Translations under genes and position numbers: made by a program | The notes under the pieces: model-generated | Databases searched by the model: none | What the model was told of the DNA's origin: nothing | The model's input: the letters and a program-made list of their open reading frames with translations, nothing else | Source of the DNA: Escherichia coli | GTDB taxonomy: Bacteria > Pseudomonadota > Gammaproteobacteria > Enterobacterales > Enterobacteriaceae | Strand: one strand, 5' to 3' | Assembly (NCBI RefSeq): GCF_030384885.1 | Contig: NZ_CP128613.1 | Length of the DNA: 64,000 nt | In this document: positions 10,156 through 21,201 of the stretch, in pieces | Layout: each line of letters starts with the position of its first letter | How positions within the stretch are numbered: the stretch's first letter is position 1

Positions 10156-11466
10156 ATGGAGTCTTTGAATCAATTTATTAATTCGCTTGCCCCAAAATTA
10201 TCGCACTGGCGACGTGATTTTCACCACTATGCAGAGTCTGGCTGGGTGGAATTCCGCACTGCCACCCTTGTTGCGGAAGAATTGCACCAGCTCGGTTATT
10301 CACTGGCGCTGGGCCGCGAAGTCGTTAATGAAAGTAGCCGGATGGGATTACCTGATGAATTCACTCTACAACGCGAATTCGAGCGCGCTCGTCAACAGGG
10401 GGCGCTAGAACAATGGATTGCGGCTTTTGAAGGCGGTTTCACTGGCATCGTCGCCACCCTGGATACCGGTCGCCCCGGTCCGGTGATGGCTTTCCGTGTC
10501 GATATGGACGCGCTGGATCTCAGTGAAGAACGGGATGTCAGCCATCGCCCCTACCGCGACGGTTTTGCGTCATGTAACGCCGGAATGATGCATGCCTGTG
10601 GTCATGATGGACATACCGCTATTGGGCTTGGGCTGGCGCACACCCTTAAACAGTTCGAGTCCGGACTTCACGGCGTCATCAAACTGATTTTTCAGCCTGC
10701 AGAGGAAGGTACGCGTGGCGCGCGGGCGATGGTCGATGCAGGTGTAGTGGATGATGTTGATTATTTTACTGCTGTGCACATTGGCACTGGTGTACCTGCG
10801 GGCACAGTAGTGTGCGGCAGTGATAATTTTATGGCAACAACCAAATTTGACGCGTACTTCACCGGGACCGCCGCTCACGCAGGCGCAAAACCAGAAGATG
10901 GTCACAATGCCTTACTGGCGGCAGCACAAGCAACTCTTGCACTGCATGCAATCGCCCCGCACAGCGAAGGCGCTTCCAGAGTAAACGTGGGCGTTATGCA
11001 GGCAGGAAGCGGTCGTAATGTGGTTCCTGCCTCGGCGTTGCTGAAAGTTGAAACTCGAGGGGTCAGCGACGTCATCAATCAATATGTTTTTGACCGTGCA
11101 CAACAAGCGATTCAGGGCGCAGCAGCCATGTATGGTGTCGGCGTTGAAACTCGGCTGATGGGTGCAGCTACCGCCAGTTCTCCTTCGCCGCAATGGGTCG
11201 CATGGTTACAAAGCCAGGCGGCTCAGGTCGCGGGGGTCAATCAGGCCATTGAACGTGTTGAAGCGCCTGCGGGTTCCGAAGATGCCACATTAATGATGGC
11301 CCGCGTGCAGCGACATCAAGGGCAAGCCTCCTACATGGTATTTGGCACACAGCTGGCGGCAGGTCATCACAACGAAAAATTCGATTTTGACGAGCAGGTT
11401 CTCGCTATTGCCGTCGAAACGCTGGCGCGCACCGCGCTTAATTTTCCCTGGACGCGAGGTATCTGA
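10156..11466 (+). CDS. abgA: p-aminobenzoyl-glutamate hydrolase subunit A (M20 peptidase)
   Basis: Product starts MESLNQFINSLAP, 436 aa. M20 metal-ligand motifs are present. The track ORF begins 5 codons upstream. Confidence 0.9.
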   Translation: MESLNQFINSLAPKLSHWRRDFHHYAESGWVEFRTATLVAEELHQLGYSLALGREVVNESSRMGLPDEFTLQREFERARQQGALEQWIAAFEGGFTGIVATLDTGRPGPVMAFRVDMDALDLSEERDVSHRPYRDGFASCNAGMMHACGHDGHTAIGLGLAHTLKQFESGLHGVIKLIFQPAEEGTRGARAMVDAGVVDDVDYFTAVHIGTGVPAGTVVCGSDNFMATTKFDAYFTGTAAHAGAKPEDGHNALLAAAQATLALHAIAPHSEGASRVNVGVMQAGSGRNVVPASALLKVETRGVSDVINQYVFDRAQQAIQGAAAMYGVGVETRLMGAATASSPSPQWVAWLQSQAAQVAGVNQAIERVEAPAGSEDATLMMARVQRHQGQASYMVFGTQLAAGHHNEKFDFDEQVLAIAVETLARTALNFPWTRGI

Positions 11467-12911
11467 TGCAGGAAATCTATCGTTTTATCGACGATGCGAT
11501 TGAAGCCGATCGCCAACGTTATACCGATATTGCTGATCAAATCTGGGATCATCCAGAAACACGTTTTGAAGAGTTCTGGTCAGCGGAACATCTGGCTTCG
11601 GCGCTGGAATCTGCAGGCTTCACCGTGACTCGCAACGTAGGCAATATCCCAAATGCCTTTATTGCTTCGTTTGGTCAAGACAAACCGGTTATCGCCTTGC
11701 TGGGGGAATATGACGCCCTGGCAGGTTTAAGTCAGCAAGCAGGTTGCGCGCAGCCTACATCCACGACGCCCGGTGAAAATGGTCACGGTTGCGGACACAA
11801 TTTGCTGGGAACCGCCGCTTTTGCCGCAGCAATAGCCGTCAAGAAATGGCTGGAACAATATGGGCAAGGCGGCACGGTGCGCTTTTATGGTTGTCCTGGC
11901 GAAGAAGGCGGCTCGGGAAAAACGTTCATGGTCCGCGAGGGGTTATTTGATGATGTGGATGCGGCACTCACCTGGCACCCGGAAGCCTTTGCCGGTATGT
12001 TCAATACCCGCACGCTGGCAAATATTCAAGCATCATGGCGCTTTAAAGGGATCGCAGCACATGCTGCAAATTCCCCTCATTTGGGACGCAGCGCCCTTGA
12101 TGCCGTAACGTTGATGACCACTGGCACCAACTTCCTCAACGAACATATTATTGAAAAAGCGCGCGTACACTATGCCATCACAGATAGCGGCGGGATCTCG
12201 CCCAACGTGGTCCAGGCGCAGGCAGAAGTGCTTTATCTTATCCGCGCCCCCGAAATGACCGATGTGCAGCATATTTATGATCGGGTCGCCAAAATCGCCG
12301 AAGGTGCGGCATTGATGACCGAAACCACGGTTGAATGCCGCTTTGACAAAGCCTGTTCCAGTTATCTCCCGAATCGCACCTTAGAAAATGCCATGTACCA
12401 GGCCCTATCCCATTTTGGTACTCCGGAATGGAACTGCGAAGAACTGGCTTTTGCGAAACAAATTCAGGCTACGCTCACCCCCAACGATCGGCAAAACAGT
12501 CTGAATAATATCGCCGCAACCGGTGGCGAAAACGGCAAGGCTTTTGCACTACGTCATCGTGAAACGGTACTGGCGAATGAAGTCGCTCCATATGCCGCCA
12601 CCGATAACGTGCTTGCGGCATCAACTGATGTCGGCGACGTCAGTTGGAAACTGCCTGTTGCCCAGTGTTTCAGCCCCTGTTTCGCCGTCGGTACACCGCT
12701 ACATACGTGGCAACTGGTTAGCCAGGGGCGAACGTCTATTGCTCATAAAGGAATGCTGCTGGCGGCGAAAACTATAGCAGCAACCACACTTAATCTCTTC
12801 ATTGATTCAGGGCTATTGCAAGAATGCCAACAAGAGCATCAGCAAGTTACGGACACGCAACCGTATCACTGCCCTATTCCGAAAAACGTGACACCGTCAC
12901 CTTTAAAATAA
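11466..12911 (+). CDS. abgB: p-aminobenzoyl-glutamate hydrolase subunit B (M20 peptidase)
   Basis: 481-aa ORF. Its start overlaps the abgA stop (ATGA). Confidence 0.93.
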   Translation: MQEIYRFIDDAIEADRQRYTDIADQIWDHPETRFEEFWSAEHLASALESAGFTVTRNVGNIPNAFIASFGQDKPVIALLGEYDALAGLSQQAGCAQPTSTTPGENGHGCGHNLLGTAAFAAAIAVKKWLEQYGQGGTVRFYGCPGEEGGSGKTFMVREGLFDDVDAALTWHPEAFAGMFNTRTLANIQASWRFKGIAAHAANSPHLGRSALDAVTLMTTGTNFLNEHIIEKARVHYAITDSGGISPNVVQAQAEVLYLIRAPEMTDVQHIYDRVAKIAEGAALMTETTVECRFDKACSSYLPNRTLENAMYQALSHFGTPEWNCEELAFAKQIQATLTPNDRQNSLNNIAATGGENGKAFALRHRETVLANEVAPYAATDNVLAASTDVGDVSWKLPVAQCFSPCFAVGTPLHTWQLVSQGRTSIAHKGMLLAAKTIAATTLNLFIDSGLLQECQQEHQQVTDTQPYHCPIPKNVTPSPLK

Positions 12912-12947
12912 CAACAACAACGCAAACACAACAATCGAGGAATGCCC

Positions 12948-14474
12948 ATGAGTATGTCATCCATACCGTCGTCCTCCCAATCCGGGAAGCTCTATGGCTG
13001 GGTCGAAAGAATTGGTAACAAGGTTCCCCATCCTTTTTTGCTCTTTATCTATTTGATTATCGTACTCATGGTGACGACGGCAATTTTGTCGGCCTTTGGC
13101 GTCAGTGCGAAAAACCCGACCGATGGTACACCAGTGGTCGTGAAAAACCTGCTCAGTGTGGAAGGATTACACTGGTTTTTACCCAATGTGATTAAAAACT
13201 TTAGCGGTTTTGCCCCACTAGGCGCGATCCTGGCGCTGGTTTTAGGTGCTGGTCTGGCGGAACGCGTCGGCTTACTGCCAGCGCTAATGGTTAAAATGGC
13301 ATCGCATGTTAATGCCCGCTATGCCAGTTATATGGTGTTGTTTATTGCTTTTTTTAGCCATATATCATCCGATGCGGCGTTAGTTATCATGCCACCGATG
13401 GGCGCATTGATTTTTCTGGCGGTGGGCAGGCATCCAGTGGCAGGTTTACTGGCCGCCATTGCAGGCGTCGGTTGCGGCTTTACGGCTAATTTACTGATTG
13501 TCACAACCGACGTGTTGCTGTCGGGGATCAGCACGGAGGCTGCGGCTGCGTTCAATCCGCAAATGCACGTCAGTGTAATTGATAACTGGTATTTTATGGC
13601 CAGCTCCGTAGTCGTACTGACGTTTGTTGGCGGCCTGATAACCGACAAAATCATTGAGCCACGGTTAGGTCAATGGCAGGGAAACAGCGATGAGAAACTG
13701 CAGACATTGACCGAAAGTCAGCGTTTTGGTTTACGCATATCAGGTGTCGTATCGCTACTTTTTATTGCCGCAATTGCGCTGATGGTGATCCCGGAAAATG
13801 GGATATTGCGCGATCCGATTAATCACACCGTGATGCCATCCCCCTTTATTAAAGGTATCGTGCCACTGATCATTCTCTTTTTCTTTGTGGTTTCGCTGGC
13901 TTATGGCATCGCTACCCGCACAATTCGACGTCAGGCGGATTTACCGCATTTAATGATTGAACCGATGAAAGAGATGGCGGGATTTATCGTGATGGTTTTT
14001 CCCCTGGCCCAGTTTGTCGCCATGTTTAACTGGAGCAACATGGGGAAATTCATCGCTGTGGGGCTGACCGATATACTCGAAAGTTCAGGGCTTAGCGGCA
14101 TCCCGGCGTTTGTCGGTCTGGCGTTGCTTTCCTCTTTCTTATGCATGTTTATCGCCAGCGGTTCCGCAATCTGGTCGATTCTGGCCCCCATTTTTGTACC
14201 AATGTTTATGCTACTTGGCTTTCACCCGGCATTTGCGCAAATCCTCTTTCGTATTGCCGACTCATCCGTATTGCCTTTAGCACCGGTATCTCCTTTTGTT
14301 CCACTGTTTCTTGGATTCCTGCAACGCTACAAACCAGACGCGAAACTGGGTACTTACTATTCGTTAGTTTTGCCCTATCCACTTATCTTTTTGGTGGTAT
14401 GGCTGCTGATGTTGCTGGCGTGGTATCTTGTCGGTCTGCCGATAGGTCCGGGGATTTACCCTCGTTTGTCTTAA
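12948..14474 (+). CDS. abgT: p-aminobenzoyl-glutamate transporter AbgT
   Basis: About 508-aa polytopic membrane protein starting [11 protein letters not shown]. It is the third gene of the abg operon. Confidence 0.9.
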   Translation: MSMSSIPSSSQSGKLYGWVERIGNKVPHPFLLFIYLIIVLMVTTAILSAFGVSAKNPTDGTPVVVKNLLSVEGLHWFLPNVIKNFSGFAPLGAILALVLGAGLAERVGLLPALMVKMASHVNARYASYMVLFIAFFSHISSDAALVIMPPMGALIFLAVGRHPVAGLLAAIAGVGCGFTANLLIVTTDVLLSGISTEAAAAFNPQMHVSVIDNWYFMASSVVVLTFVGGLITDKIIEPRLGQWQGNSDEKLQTLTESQRFGLRISGVVSLLFIAAIALMVIPENGILRDPINHTVMPSPFIKGIVPLIILFFFVVSLAYGIATRTIRRQADLPHLMIEPMKEMAGFIVMVFPLAQFVAMFNWSNMGKFIAVGLTDILESSGLSGIPAFVGLALLSSFLCMFIASGSAIWSILAPIFVPMFMLLGFHPAFAQILFRIADSSVLPLAPVSPFVPLFLGFLQRYKPDAKLGTYYSLVLPYPLIFLVVWLLMLLAWYLVGLPIGPGIYPRLS

Positions 14475-14484
14475 GAGAGAACGG

Positions 14485-15000
14485 ATGCTGAGATTACTTG
14501 AAGAAAAAATTGCCACGCCACTAGGTCCACTGTGGGTGATTTGCGATGAGCAATTTCACTTGCGGGCGGTTGAATGGGAAGAGTACAGCGAACGCATGGT
14601 GCAGCTGCTGGACATCCATTACCGCAAAGAAGGCTATGAACGCATTTCTGCCACAAACCCAGGTGGTTTAAGCGACAAGCTTCGTGAATATTTTGCCGGT
14701 AATCTTAGCATTATTGATACGCTTCCCACTGCCACGGGGGGGACGCCATTTCAGCGCGAAGTCTGGAAAACATTACGCACAATCCCCTGCGGGCAGGTAA
14801 TGCATTACGGCCAACTGGCTAAACAATTGGGCCGCCCCGGCGCGGCGCGTGCCGTAGGTGCGGCAAATGGATCGAATCCCATCAGCATTGTTGTGCCTTG
14901 TCATCGGGTCATTGGCAGAAACGGTACCATGACCGGATATGCAGGCGGAGTTCAGCGAAAAGAGTGGTTATTACGCCACGAAGGTTATCTTTTGCTGTAA
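14485..15000 (+). CDS. ogt: O6-alkylguanine-DNA methyltransferase Ogt
   Basis: 171-aa ORF with the PCHRV active-site motif. Confidence 0.95.
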   Translation: MLRLLEEKIATPLGPLWVICDEQFHLRAVEWEEYSERMVQLLDIHYRKEGYERISATNPGGLSDKLREYFAGNLSIIDTLPTATGGTPFQREVWKTLRTIPCGQVMHYGQLAKQLGRPGAARAVGAANGSNPISIVVPCHRVIGRNGTMTGYAGGVQRKEWLLRHEGYLLL

Positions 15001-15161
15001 ACCTTATACAATTTGTGCCAGCTTGTTCACACTTTTATGTAAAGTTACCCTTAACAACTTAAGGGTTTTCAAATAGATAGACATATATTTACATCTAATA
15101 TCGGAATTCTCTGCTGTTAAGGTTTGCTTAGACTTACTTGCTCCCTAAAAAGATGTTAAAA

Positions 15162-15175
15162 TTGACAAATATCAA
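15162..15175. promoter_or_regulatory. FNR box TTGAC-AAAT-ATCAA in the fnr promoter (autoregulation site)
   Basis: A near-perfect TTGAT-N4-ATCAA palindrome about 20 bp upstream of the fnr start codon. Confidence 0.65.
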
Positions 15176-15194
15176 TTACGGCTTGAGCAGACCT

Positions 15195-15947
15195 ATGATC
15201 CCGGAAAAGCGAATTATACGGCGCATTCAGTCTGGCGGTTGTGCTATCCATTGCCAGGATTGCAGCATCAGCCAGCTTTGCATCCCGTTCACACTCAACG
15301 AACATGAGCTTGATCAGCTTGATAATATCATTGAGCGAAAGAAGCCTATTCAGAAAGGCCAGACGCTGTTTAAGGCTGGTGATGAACTTAAATCGCTTTA
15401 TGCCATCCGCTCCGGTACGATTAAAAGTTATACCATCACTGAGCAAGGCGACGAGCAAATCACTGGTTTCCATTTAGCAGGCGACCTGGTGGGATTTGAT
15501 GCCATCGGCAGTGGTCATCACCCAAGCTTCGCGCAGGCGCTGGAAACCTCGATGGTATGTGAAATCCCGTTCGAAACGCTGGACGATTTGTCCGGTAAAA
15601 TGCCGAATCTGCGTCAGCAGATGATGCGTCTGATGAGCGGTGAAATCAAAGGCGATCAGGACATGATCCTGCTGTTGTCGAAGAAAAATGCCGAGGAGCG
15701 TCTGGCTGCATTCATCTACAACCTGTCCCGTCGTTTTGCCCAACGCGGCTTCTCCCCTCGTGAATTCCGCCTGACGATGACTCGTGGCGATATCGGTAAC
15801 TATCTGGGCCTGACGGTAGAAACCATCAGCCGTCTGCTGGGTCGCTTCCAGAAAAGCGGTATGCTGGCAGTCAAAGGTAAATACATCACCATCGAAAATA
15901 ACGATGCGCTGGCCCAGCTTGCTGGTCACACGCGTAACGTTGCCTGA
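15195..15947 (+). CDS. fnr: anaerobic global regulator FNR
   Basis: 250-aa product starting [29 protein letters not shown]. It has an N-terminal Cys cluster and a C-terminal CRP-type HTH. The track ORF starts 19 codons upstream. Confidence 0.95.
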
Positions 15948-16098
15948 TTTTTCCGCATCACTCACTATCCTTCTGTCATATCATTAAATTTTTCTGATTT
16001 ATTGATCTGGCAGAAGGTTCATCACTGTTTCATTCACCAGATATGGGTTAATCTTTTAATTACAAACTGCGTTGACAGTTGTTGTAAGGAGACCCTGT

Positions 16099-17049
16099 AT
16101 GGCTATGTATCAGAACATGCTCGTTGTTATCGATCCTAACCAGGACGACCAACCAGCATTGCGGCGAGCTGTTTATTTACATCAACGGATTGGTGGCAAA
16201 ATTAAAGCCTTTTTGCCGATCTATGACTTCTCATACGAAATGACCACCCTGCTCTCCCCGGACGAACGTACCGCTATGCGTCAGGGCGTCATCAGCCAGC
16301 GAACAGCCTGGATCCACGAGCAGGCAAAATATTATCTCAATGCTGGCGTTCCCATTGAAATTAAAGTGGTCTGGCATAACCGTCCATTCGAAGCCATCAT
16401 TCAGGAAGTGATCAGCGGCGGACACGATTTGGTGCTAAAAATGGCGCACCAACATGACCGTCTGGAAGCGGTGATTTTTACGCCAACGGACTGGCATCTG
16501 TTACGCAAATGCCCAAGCCCGGTGTGGATGGTGAAAGACCAGCCGTGGCCGGAAGGGGGTAAGGCGCTGGTGGCGGTGAATCTCGCCAGTGAAGAGCCGT
16601 ACCATAATGCGCTCAATGAAAAACTGGTTAAAGAGACGATCGAACTGGCGGAACAAGTTAATCATACCGAAGTTCATCTGGTTGGCGCTTATCCGGTAAC
16701 GCCAATTAATATCGCGATTGAACTGCCGGAATTTGATCCGAGCGTTTATAACGATGCCATTCGTGGGCAACATTTGCTGGCTATGAAAGCCCTGCGGCAG
16801 AAATTCGGTATTAATGAAAACATGACACACGTTGAAAAAGGTCTACCAGAAGAGGTGATTCCTGATTTGGCGGAGCACTTACAGGCGGGGATTGTGGTTC
16901 TGGGAACGGTCGGACGCACCGGTATTTCAGCAGCATTCCTCGGCAACACGGCGGAACAGGTGATTGATCATCTTCGCTGCGACCTGCTGGTCATTAAACC
17001 TGACCAGTATCAGACCCCCGTTGAACTGGATGACGAAGAAGACGATTAA
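16099..17049 (+). CDS. uspE: tandem-domain universal stress protein E
   Basis: 316-aa product starting [17 protein letters not shown]. Confidence 0.9.
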   Translation: MAMYQNMLVVIDPNQDDQPALRRAVYLHQRIGGKIKAFLPIYDFSYEMTTLLSPDERTAMRQGVISQRTAWIHEQAKYYLNAGVPIEIKVVWHNRPFEAIIQEVISGGHDLVLKMAHQHDRLEAVIFTPTDWHLLRKCPSPVWMVKDQPWPEGGKALVAVNLASEEPYHNALNEKLVKETIELAEQVNHTEVHLVGAYPVTPINIAIELPEFDPSVYNDAIRGQHLLAMKALRQKFGINENMTHVEKGLPEEVIPDLAEHLQAGIVVLGTVGRTGISAAFLGNTAEQVIDHLRCDLLVIKPDQYQTPVELDDEEDD

Positions 17050-17070
17050 CGACTCTTCAATAACTGACAA

Positions 17071-17096
17071 GGCCCGAGTTAACGGGCCTATTTTTT
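17071..17096. terminator. bidirectional terminator between uspE and ynaJ
   Basis: AGGCCCGAGTTAACGGGCCT followed by ATTTTTTACT. Confidence 0.7.
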
Positions 17097-17098
17097 AC

Positions 17099-17356
17099 TT
17101 ACTGCTCTTCGCCGCCAAGGAAATAAATTCCCAACGGGATTGCCAGCAACACAGTAAAGACCAGGCTATAAACAAAAATCATTGATGACTGAATCACATA
17201 CATTGATGTCGTCCACTCAGACAGCGGAATATTGTACTGTTCTATCACGCCGCCGATGGTCGCGCGAGTCACAACCGACGCCGCAATAATGAAAACCGCC
17301 AACAAACCAAAGAGAAATTTCTTCCCTTTCGCTGACTTCAGTTTCGCCATAATCAT
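17099..17356 (-). CDS. ynaJ: small inner membrane protein YnaJ (DUF2534)
   Basis: 85-aa ORF with two TM segments. It lies between uspE and ynaI. Confidence 0.85.
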   Translation of the reverse strand: MIMAKLKSAKGKKFLFGLLAVFIIAASVVTRATIGGVIEQYNIPLSEWTTSMYVIQSSMIFVYSLVFTVLLAIPLGIYFLGGEEQ

Positions 17357-17599
17357 GATGTAATCCTTGTGCAGACAAATTTCTTGTTACCTAACAGTAA
17401 CAATACCATGACATTTCACCGTTGTCTGCTCTGAAAACCTCACCTCTTAGCTGGATTTACAATCAACGCATTGATTAGTTAGCTAATGTTGCTACTTCCT
17501 TCCCTGACTATTGATGATCTGAATGAATTGTCGCGGTAAAATAGCCCCGCCAGGGGTTTCCGGCATGACGACAATTATCTGGAGGAGCCTGATAAAACA

Positions 17600-18631
17600 A
17601 TGATCGCTGAACTGTTTACAAATAATGCGCTTAATCTGGTCATTATTTTCGGTAGCTGCGCAGCATTGATTCTGATGAGCTTTTGGTTTCGCCGCGGAAA
17701 TCGTAAAAGAAAAGGATTTTTATTCCATGCGGTGCAATTTTTAATCTACACCATAATTATCAGTGCTGTTGGTAGCATCATTAATTATGTTATAGAAAAC
17801 TACAAACTCCAATTTATCACTCCAGGCGTTATCGATTTTATCTGTACGTCCCTGATTGCGGTTATTCTGACGATTAAGTTATTTCTGCTGATTAATCAGT
17901 TTGAAAAACAGCAGATTAAAAAAGGTCGCGATATCACCAGTGCGCGGATTATGTCGCGTATCATCAAAATCACCATTATTGTGGTACTTGTTTTGCTTTA
18001 TGGCGAACATTTCGGTATGAGCCTTTCTGGCTTGTTGACCTTTGGTGGTATTGGTGGTCTGGCTGTCGGTATGGCCGGTAAAGATATTTTGAGTAACTTC
18101 TTTTCCGGGATTATGCTCTATTTCGACCGTCCTTTTAGTATTGGCGACTGGATCCGTTCACCGGACAGAAATATCGAAGGTACAGTAGCGGAAATTGGCT
18201 GGCGAATTACCAAAATTACGACCTTTGATAATCGTCCGTTATACGTCCCGAACTCGCTGTTTTCGTCTATCAGCGTAGAAAACCCGGGGCGAATGACCAA
18301 CCGACGTATTACCACGACAATCGGTTTACGTTATGAGGATGCGGCAAAAGTGGGAGCCATTGTCGAAGCCGTACGTGAGATGCTTAAAAATCACCCAGCC
18401 ATCGACCAGCGACAAACCTTACTGGTTTATTTCAACCAGTTTGCTGACTCGTCATTGAATATTATGGTTTATTGCTTTACCAAAACCACAGTATGGGCTG
18501 AATGGCTTGCCGCCCAGCAGGATGTTTATTTGAAGATTATCGATATTGTACAGTCACACGGCGCGGATTTCGCGTTCCCAAGCCAGACGCTGTATATGGA
18601 TAACATTACACCACCAGACCAGGGTCGTTAA
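17600..18631 (+). CDS. ynaI: MscS-family mechanosensitive channel YnaI
   Basis: 343-aa ORF with N-terminal TM helices and an MscS core. Confidence 0.9.
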   Translation: MIAELFTNNALNLVIIFGSCAALILMSFWFRRGNRKRKGFLFHAVQFLIYTIIISAVGSIINYVIENYKLQFITPGVIDFICTSLIAVILTIKLFLLINQFEKQQIKKGRDITSARIMSRIIKITIIVVLVLLYGEHFGMSLSGLLTFGGIGGLAVGMAGKDILSNFFSGIMLYFDRPFSIGDWIRSPDRNIEGTVAEIGWRITKITTFDNRPLYVPNSLFSSISVENPGRMTNRRITTTIGLRYEDAAKVGAIVEAVREMLKNHPAIDQRQTLLVYFNQFADSSLNIMVYCFTKTTVWAEWLAAQQDVYLKIIDIVQSHGADFAFPSQTLYMDNITPPDQGR

Positions 18632-18642
18632 TTCAGACATCA

Positions 18643-18670
18643 CTGGCGTTACCCACAAGGGTAACGCCAG
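18643..18670. terminator. bidirectional terminator between ynaI and mppA
   Basis: CTGGCGTTACCCACAAGGGTAACGCCAG, a perfect 12-bp stem. Confidence 0.7.
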
Positions 18671-18676
18671 TTCACA

Positions 18677-20290
18677 TCAATGTTTCACAATATACATAGT
18701 CCGGCTATACGCCACATCTTCCGGGTTATTAATGGGATAACCTTTCAGCCACGGCTTGATTAATCGTCCATTGGTATATTGATAAATTGGTGCAATCGGT
18801 GCTTGCTCCATGAGGATTTTTTCTGCCGCGTTGTAATCGGCATTACGCGCTTTAACGGTATTTTCCGTCGATGCCTGGGCCAAAACTTTGTCGTAGGCCG
18901 GGTTGTTAAAACGTGAAATGTTCCCTGAATGCGTTGACGTTAATAATGTCAGGAAGGTGGAGGGTTCATTATAATCCCCCACCCACGAGGCGCGGATAAC
19001 ATCAAAATTACCTGTATTACGACTATCGATATAGGTTTTCCATTCCTGATTTTGCAGTTTGACATCTACACCAAGGTTCTTTTTCCACATCGATGCCACA
19101 GCAATCGCAATTTTTTGATGGTTTTCTGAAGTATTATACAAAAGCGTCAGCTTCAGCGGTTTTTGCGGACCATAACCGGCTGCGCTCAACAAAGTTTTTG
19201 CCTGCGCATTCAGTTCTTCCTGACTCATTTGTTCAAACGGCGAAGGCTCCGGCGTGAATCCGGCAGTAACATCTGGCGTAAAATGCCACGCTGGTTTTTC
19301 GCCCGTCCCCAACACTTTTTCGGTCATCAGGCGGCGATCTATCGTCATACTTAATGCCAGACGAACGCGCTGATCTGCCGCCGGCCCTTTTTGCGTGTTA
19401 AACGCATAATAATAGGTCCCGAGCTGCGGCGGTGTATAAACCTGCCCCGGAATATCCTTCAACAGCTTCTGATACATATTTTTGGGGAAGGATTCGGTGA
19501 TATCAATATCCCCCGCGAGATAACGCTTAGTGGCTGCGGATTCCTGATTAATTGGCAGGAAGGTCACTTTTTGCAACACCGTTTTGGCGTTATCCCAATA
19601 ATGAGTATTTGGCACCACGACCAGTTTTTCATTGACTACACGCTCTTTAAGAACATAAGCGCCATTGCCGACCAGATTTCCGGGTTTCGTCCACTCTTTC
19701 CCGCTTTCTACGTTAGCTTTTTGCACCGGGAAGAAGGCAAAATTGGCTGTTAAATTCACAAACCACGGCAACGGTTTATCAAGCTGGATTTTCAAAGTAC
19801 GGGCATCAACCGCGGTGACGCCTAGCTGATCAGGCGTAGCTTTACCATCAATAATCGCCTGTGCGTTGTTGATTCCCGCCAGCGCGGCAAACCAGGCAAA
19901 CGGCGACAACGTTTTTGGGTCAACCAGACGTTGCCAGCTGTAGACAAAATCCTGTGCCGTTACCGGTGTGCCATCCGCCCATTTTGCGTTATCGCGCAGG
20001 GTGAAAGTCCAGATACGGTTGTCATTACTTTTCCACTGAGTCGCAACGCCGGGGACAATCTCCCCTTTCTCGTTCTGATTCACCAGTCCTTCAAAAAGAT
20101 CGCGAATGACCTGAATCTCTGGCAGACCCACGGCTTTAGCGGGATCCAGCGACGCAGGCTCATCTTTAATATGGCGCACCAGCTCCTGCTTCTCTGCCAG
20201 TACTGTGCCGCTCGGAACTTCTGCAGCATACGAAAGAGAAATGCTGCTGACCAACAGCGCACAACACGTGACTGAAACAGAGTGCTTCAT
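18677..20290 (-). CDS. mppA: periplasmic murein tripeptide-binding protein MppA
   Basis: 537-aa ORF with a signal peptide. It is an OppA-family SBP. Confidence 0.93.
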   Translation of the reverse strand: MKHSVSVTCCALLVSSISLSYAAEVPSGTVLAEKQELVRHIKDEPASLDPAKAVGLPEIQVIRDLFEGLVNQNEKGEIVPGVATQWKSNDNRIWTFTLRDNAKWADGTPVTAQDFVYSWQRLVDPKTLSPFAWFAALAGINNAQAIIDGKATPDQLGVTAVDARTLKIQLDKPLPWFVNLTANFAFFPVQKANVESGKEWTKPGNLVGNGAYVLKERVVNEKLVVVPNTHYWDNAKTVLQKVTFLPINQESAATKRYLAGDIDITESFPKNMYQKLLKDIPGQVYTPPQLGTYYYAFNTQKGPAADQRVRLALSMTIDRRLMTEKVLGTGEKPAWHFTPDVTAGFTPEPSPFEQMSQEELNAQAKTLLSAAGYGPQKPLKLTLLYNTSENHQKIAIAVASMWKKNLGVDVKLQNQEWKTYIDSRNTGNFDVIRASWVGDYNEPSTFLTLLTSTHSGNISRFNNPAYDKVLAQASTENTVKARNADYNAAEKILMEQAPIAPIYQYTNGRLIKPWLKGYPINNPEDVAYSRTMYIVKH

Positions 20291-20472
20291 AAGTTACCCT
20301 CAAACCTGCGTTAATAATCATGCGTAATTATTTGTTTCGCCTTAAAGAAATGCAAACAACTTCCGGCAAAAAAGTGATACAAGATCGATAACATAGCGTT
20401 GAAGAAAAGGATTTGATAATCCGCAAAATTTGCACAACACTGCCTGTAATACTTCCTGAACCAGAGACGATC

Positions 20473-21201
20473 ATGACCGTAACTCGCCCACGCGCCGAAC
20501 GCGGCGCATTTCCGCCCGGTACAGAACATTACGGACGTTCATTATTGGGCGCGCCTTTGATCTGGTTTCCGGCCCCAGCCGCCAGTCACGAAAGTGGTTT
20601 GATTCTGGCTGGCACCCACGGTGATGAAAACTCTTCGGTCGTGACCCTCTCCTGTGCTCTGCGGACATTGACACCGTCTTTGCGCCGCCATCATGTGGTG
20701 CTGTGTGTGAATCCTGACGGCTGCCAGTTAGGGTTACGGGCCAATGCTAATGGCGTGGATTTAAATAGAAACTTTCCGGCAGCAAACTGGAAGGAAGGTG
20801 AAACGGTTTATCGCTGGAACAGCGCCGCTGAAGAACGTGATGTCGTTTTACTGACAGGTGACAAACCTGGCTCCGAACCTGAAACTCAGGCGCTGTGCCA
20901 GCTTATACATCGCATTCAACCTGCCTGGGTGGTCTCATTCCACGATCCACTGGCCTGTATTGAAGACCCCAGACACAGCGAATTAGGTGAATGGCTGGCC
21001 CAGGCGTTTGAATTGCCACTGGTCACCAGCGTCGGTTATGAAACGCCTGGCTCTTTCGGCAGTTGGTGTGCGGATCTCAACCTGCATTGCATCACCGCAG
21101 AGTTTCCGCCCATCTCCTCCGACGAAGCCAGCGAAAAATACCTCTTTGCGATGGCTAACTTGCTGCGCTGGCATCCTAAAGATGCAATGCGCCCGTCGTG
21201 A
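20473..21201 (+). CDS. mpaA: murein peptide amidase A (gamma-D-Glu-Dap amidase)
   Basis: 242-aa product starting MTVTRPRAERG. It has the M14-family HGDE zinc motif (AGTHGDENSS). Confidence 0.88.
   Translation: MTVTRPRAERGAFPPGTEHYGRSLLGAPLIWFPAPAASHESGLILAGTHGDENSSVVTLSCALRTLTPSLRRHHVVLCVNPDGCQLGLRANANGVDLNRNFPAANWKEGETVYRWNSAAEERDVVLLTGDKPGSEPETQALCQLIHRIQPAWVVSFHDPLACIEDPRHSELGEWLAQAFELPLVTSVGYETPGSFGSWCADLNLHCITAEFPPISSDEASEKYLFAMANLLRWHPKDAMRPS

Noticed and set aside
15948-16098. A second FNR site far upstream of fnr, or other sites in the fnr-uspE spacer
   Set aside because: No convincing TTGAT-N4-ATCAA match was found beyond the one at 15162-15175.
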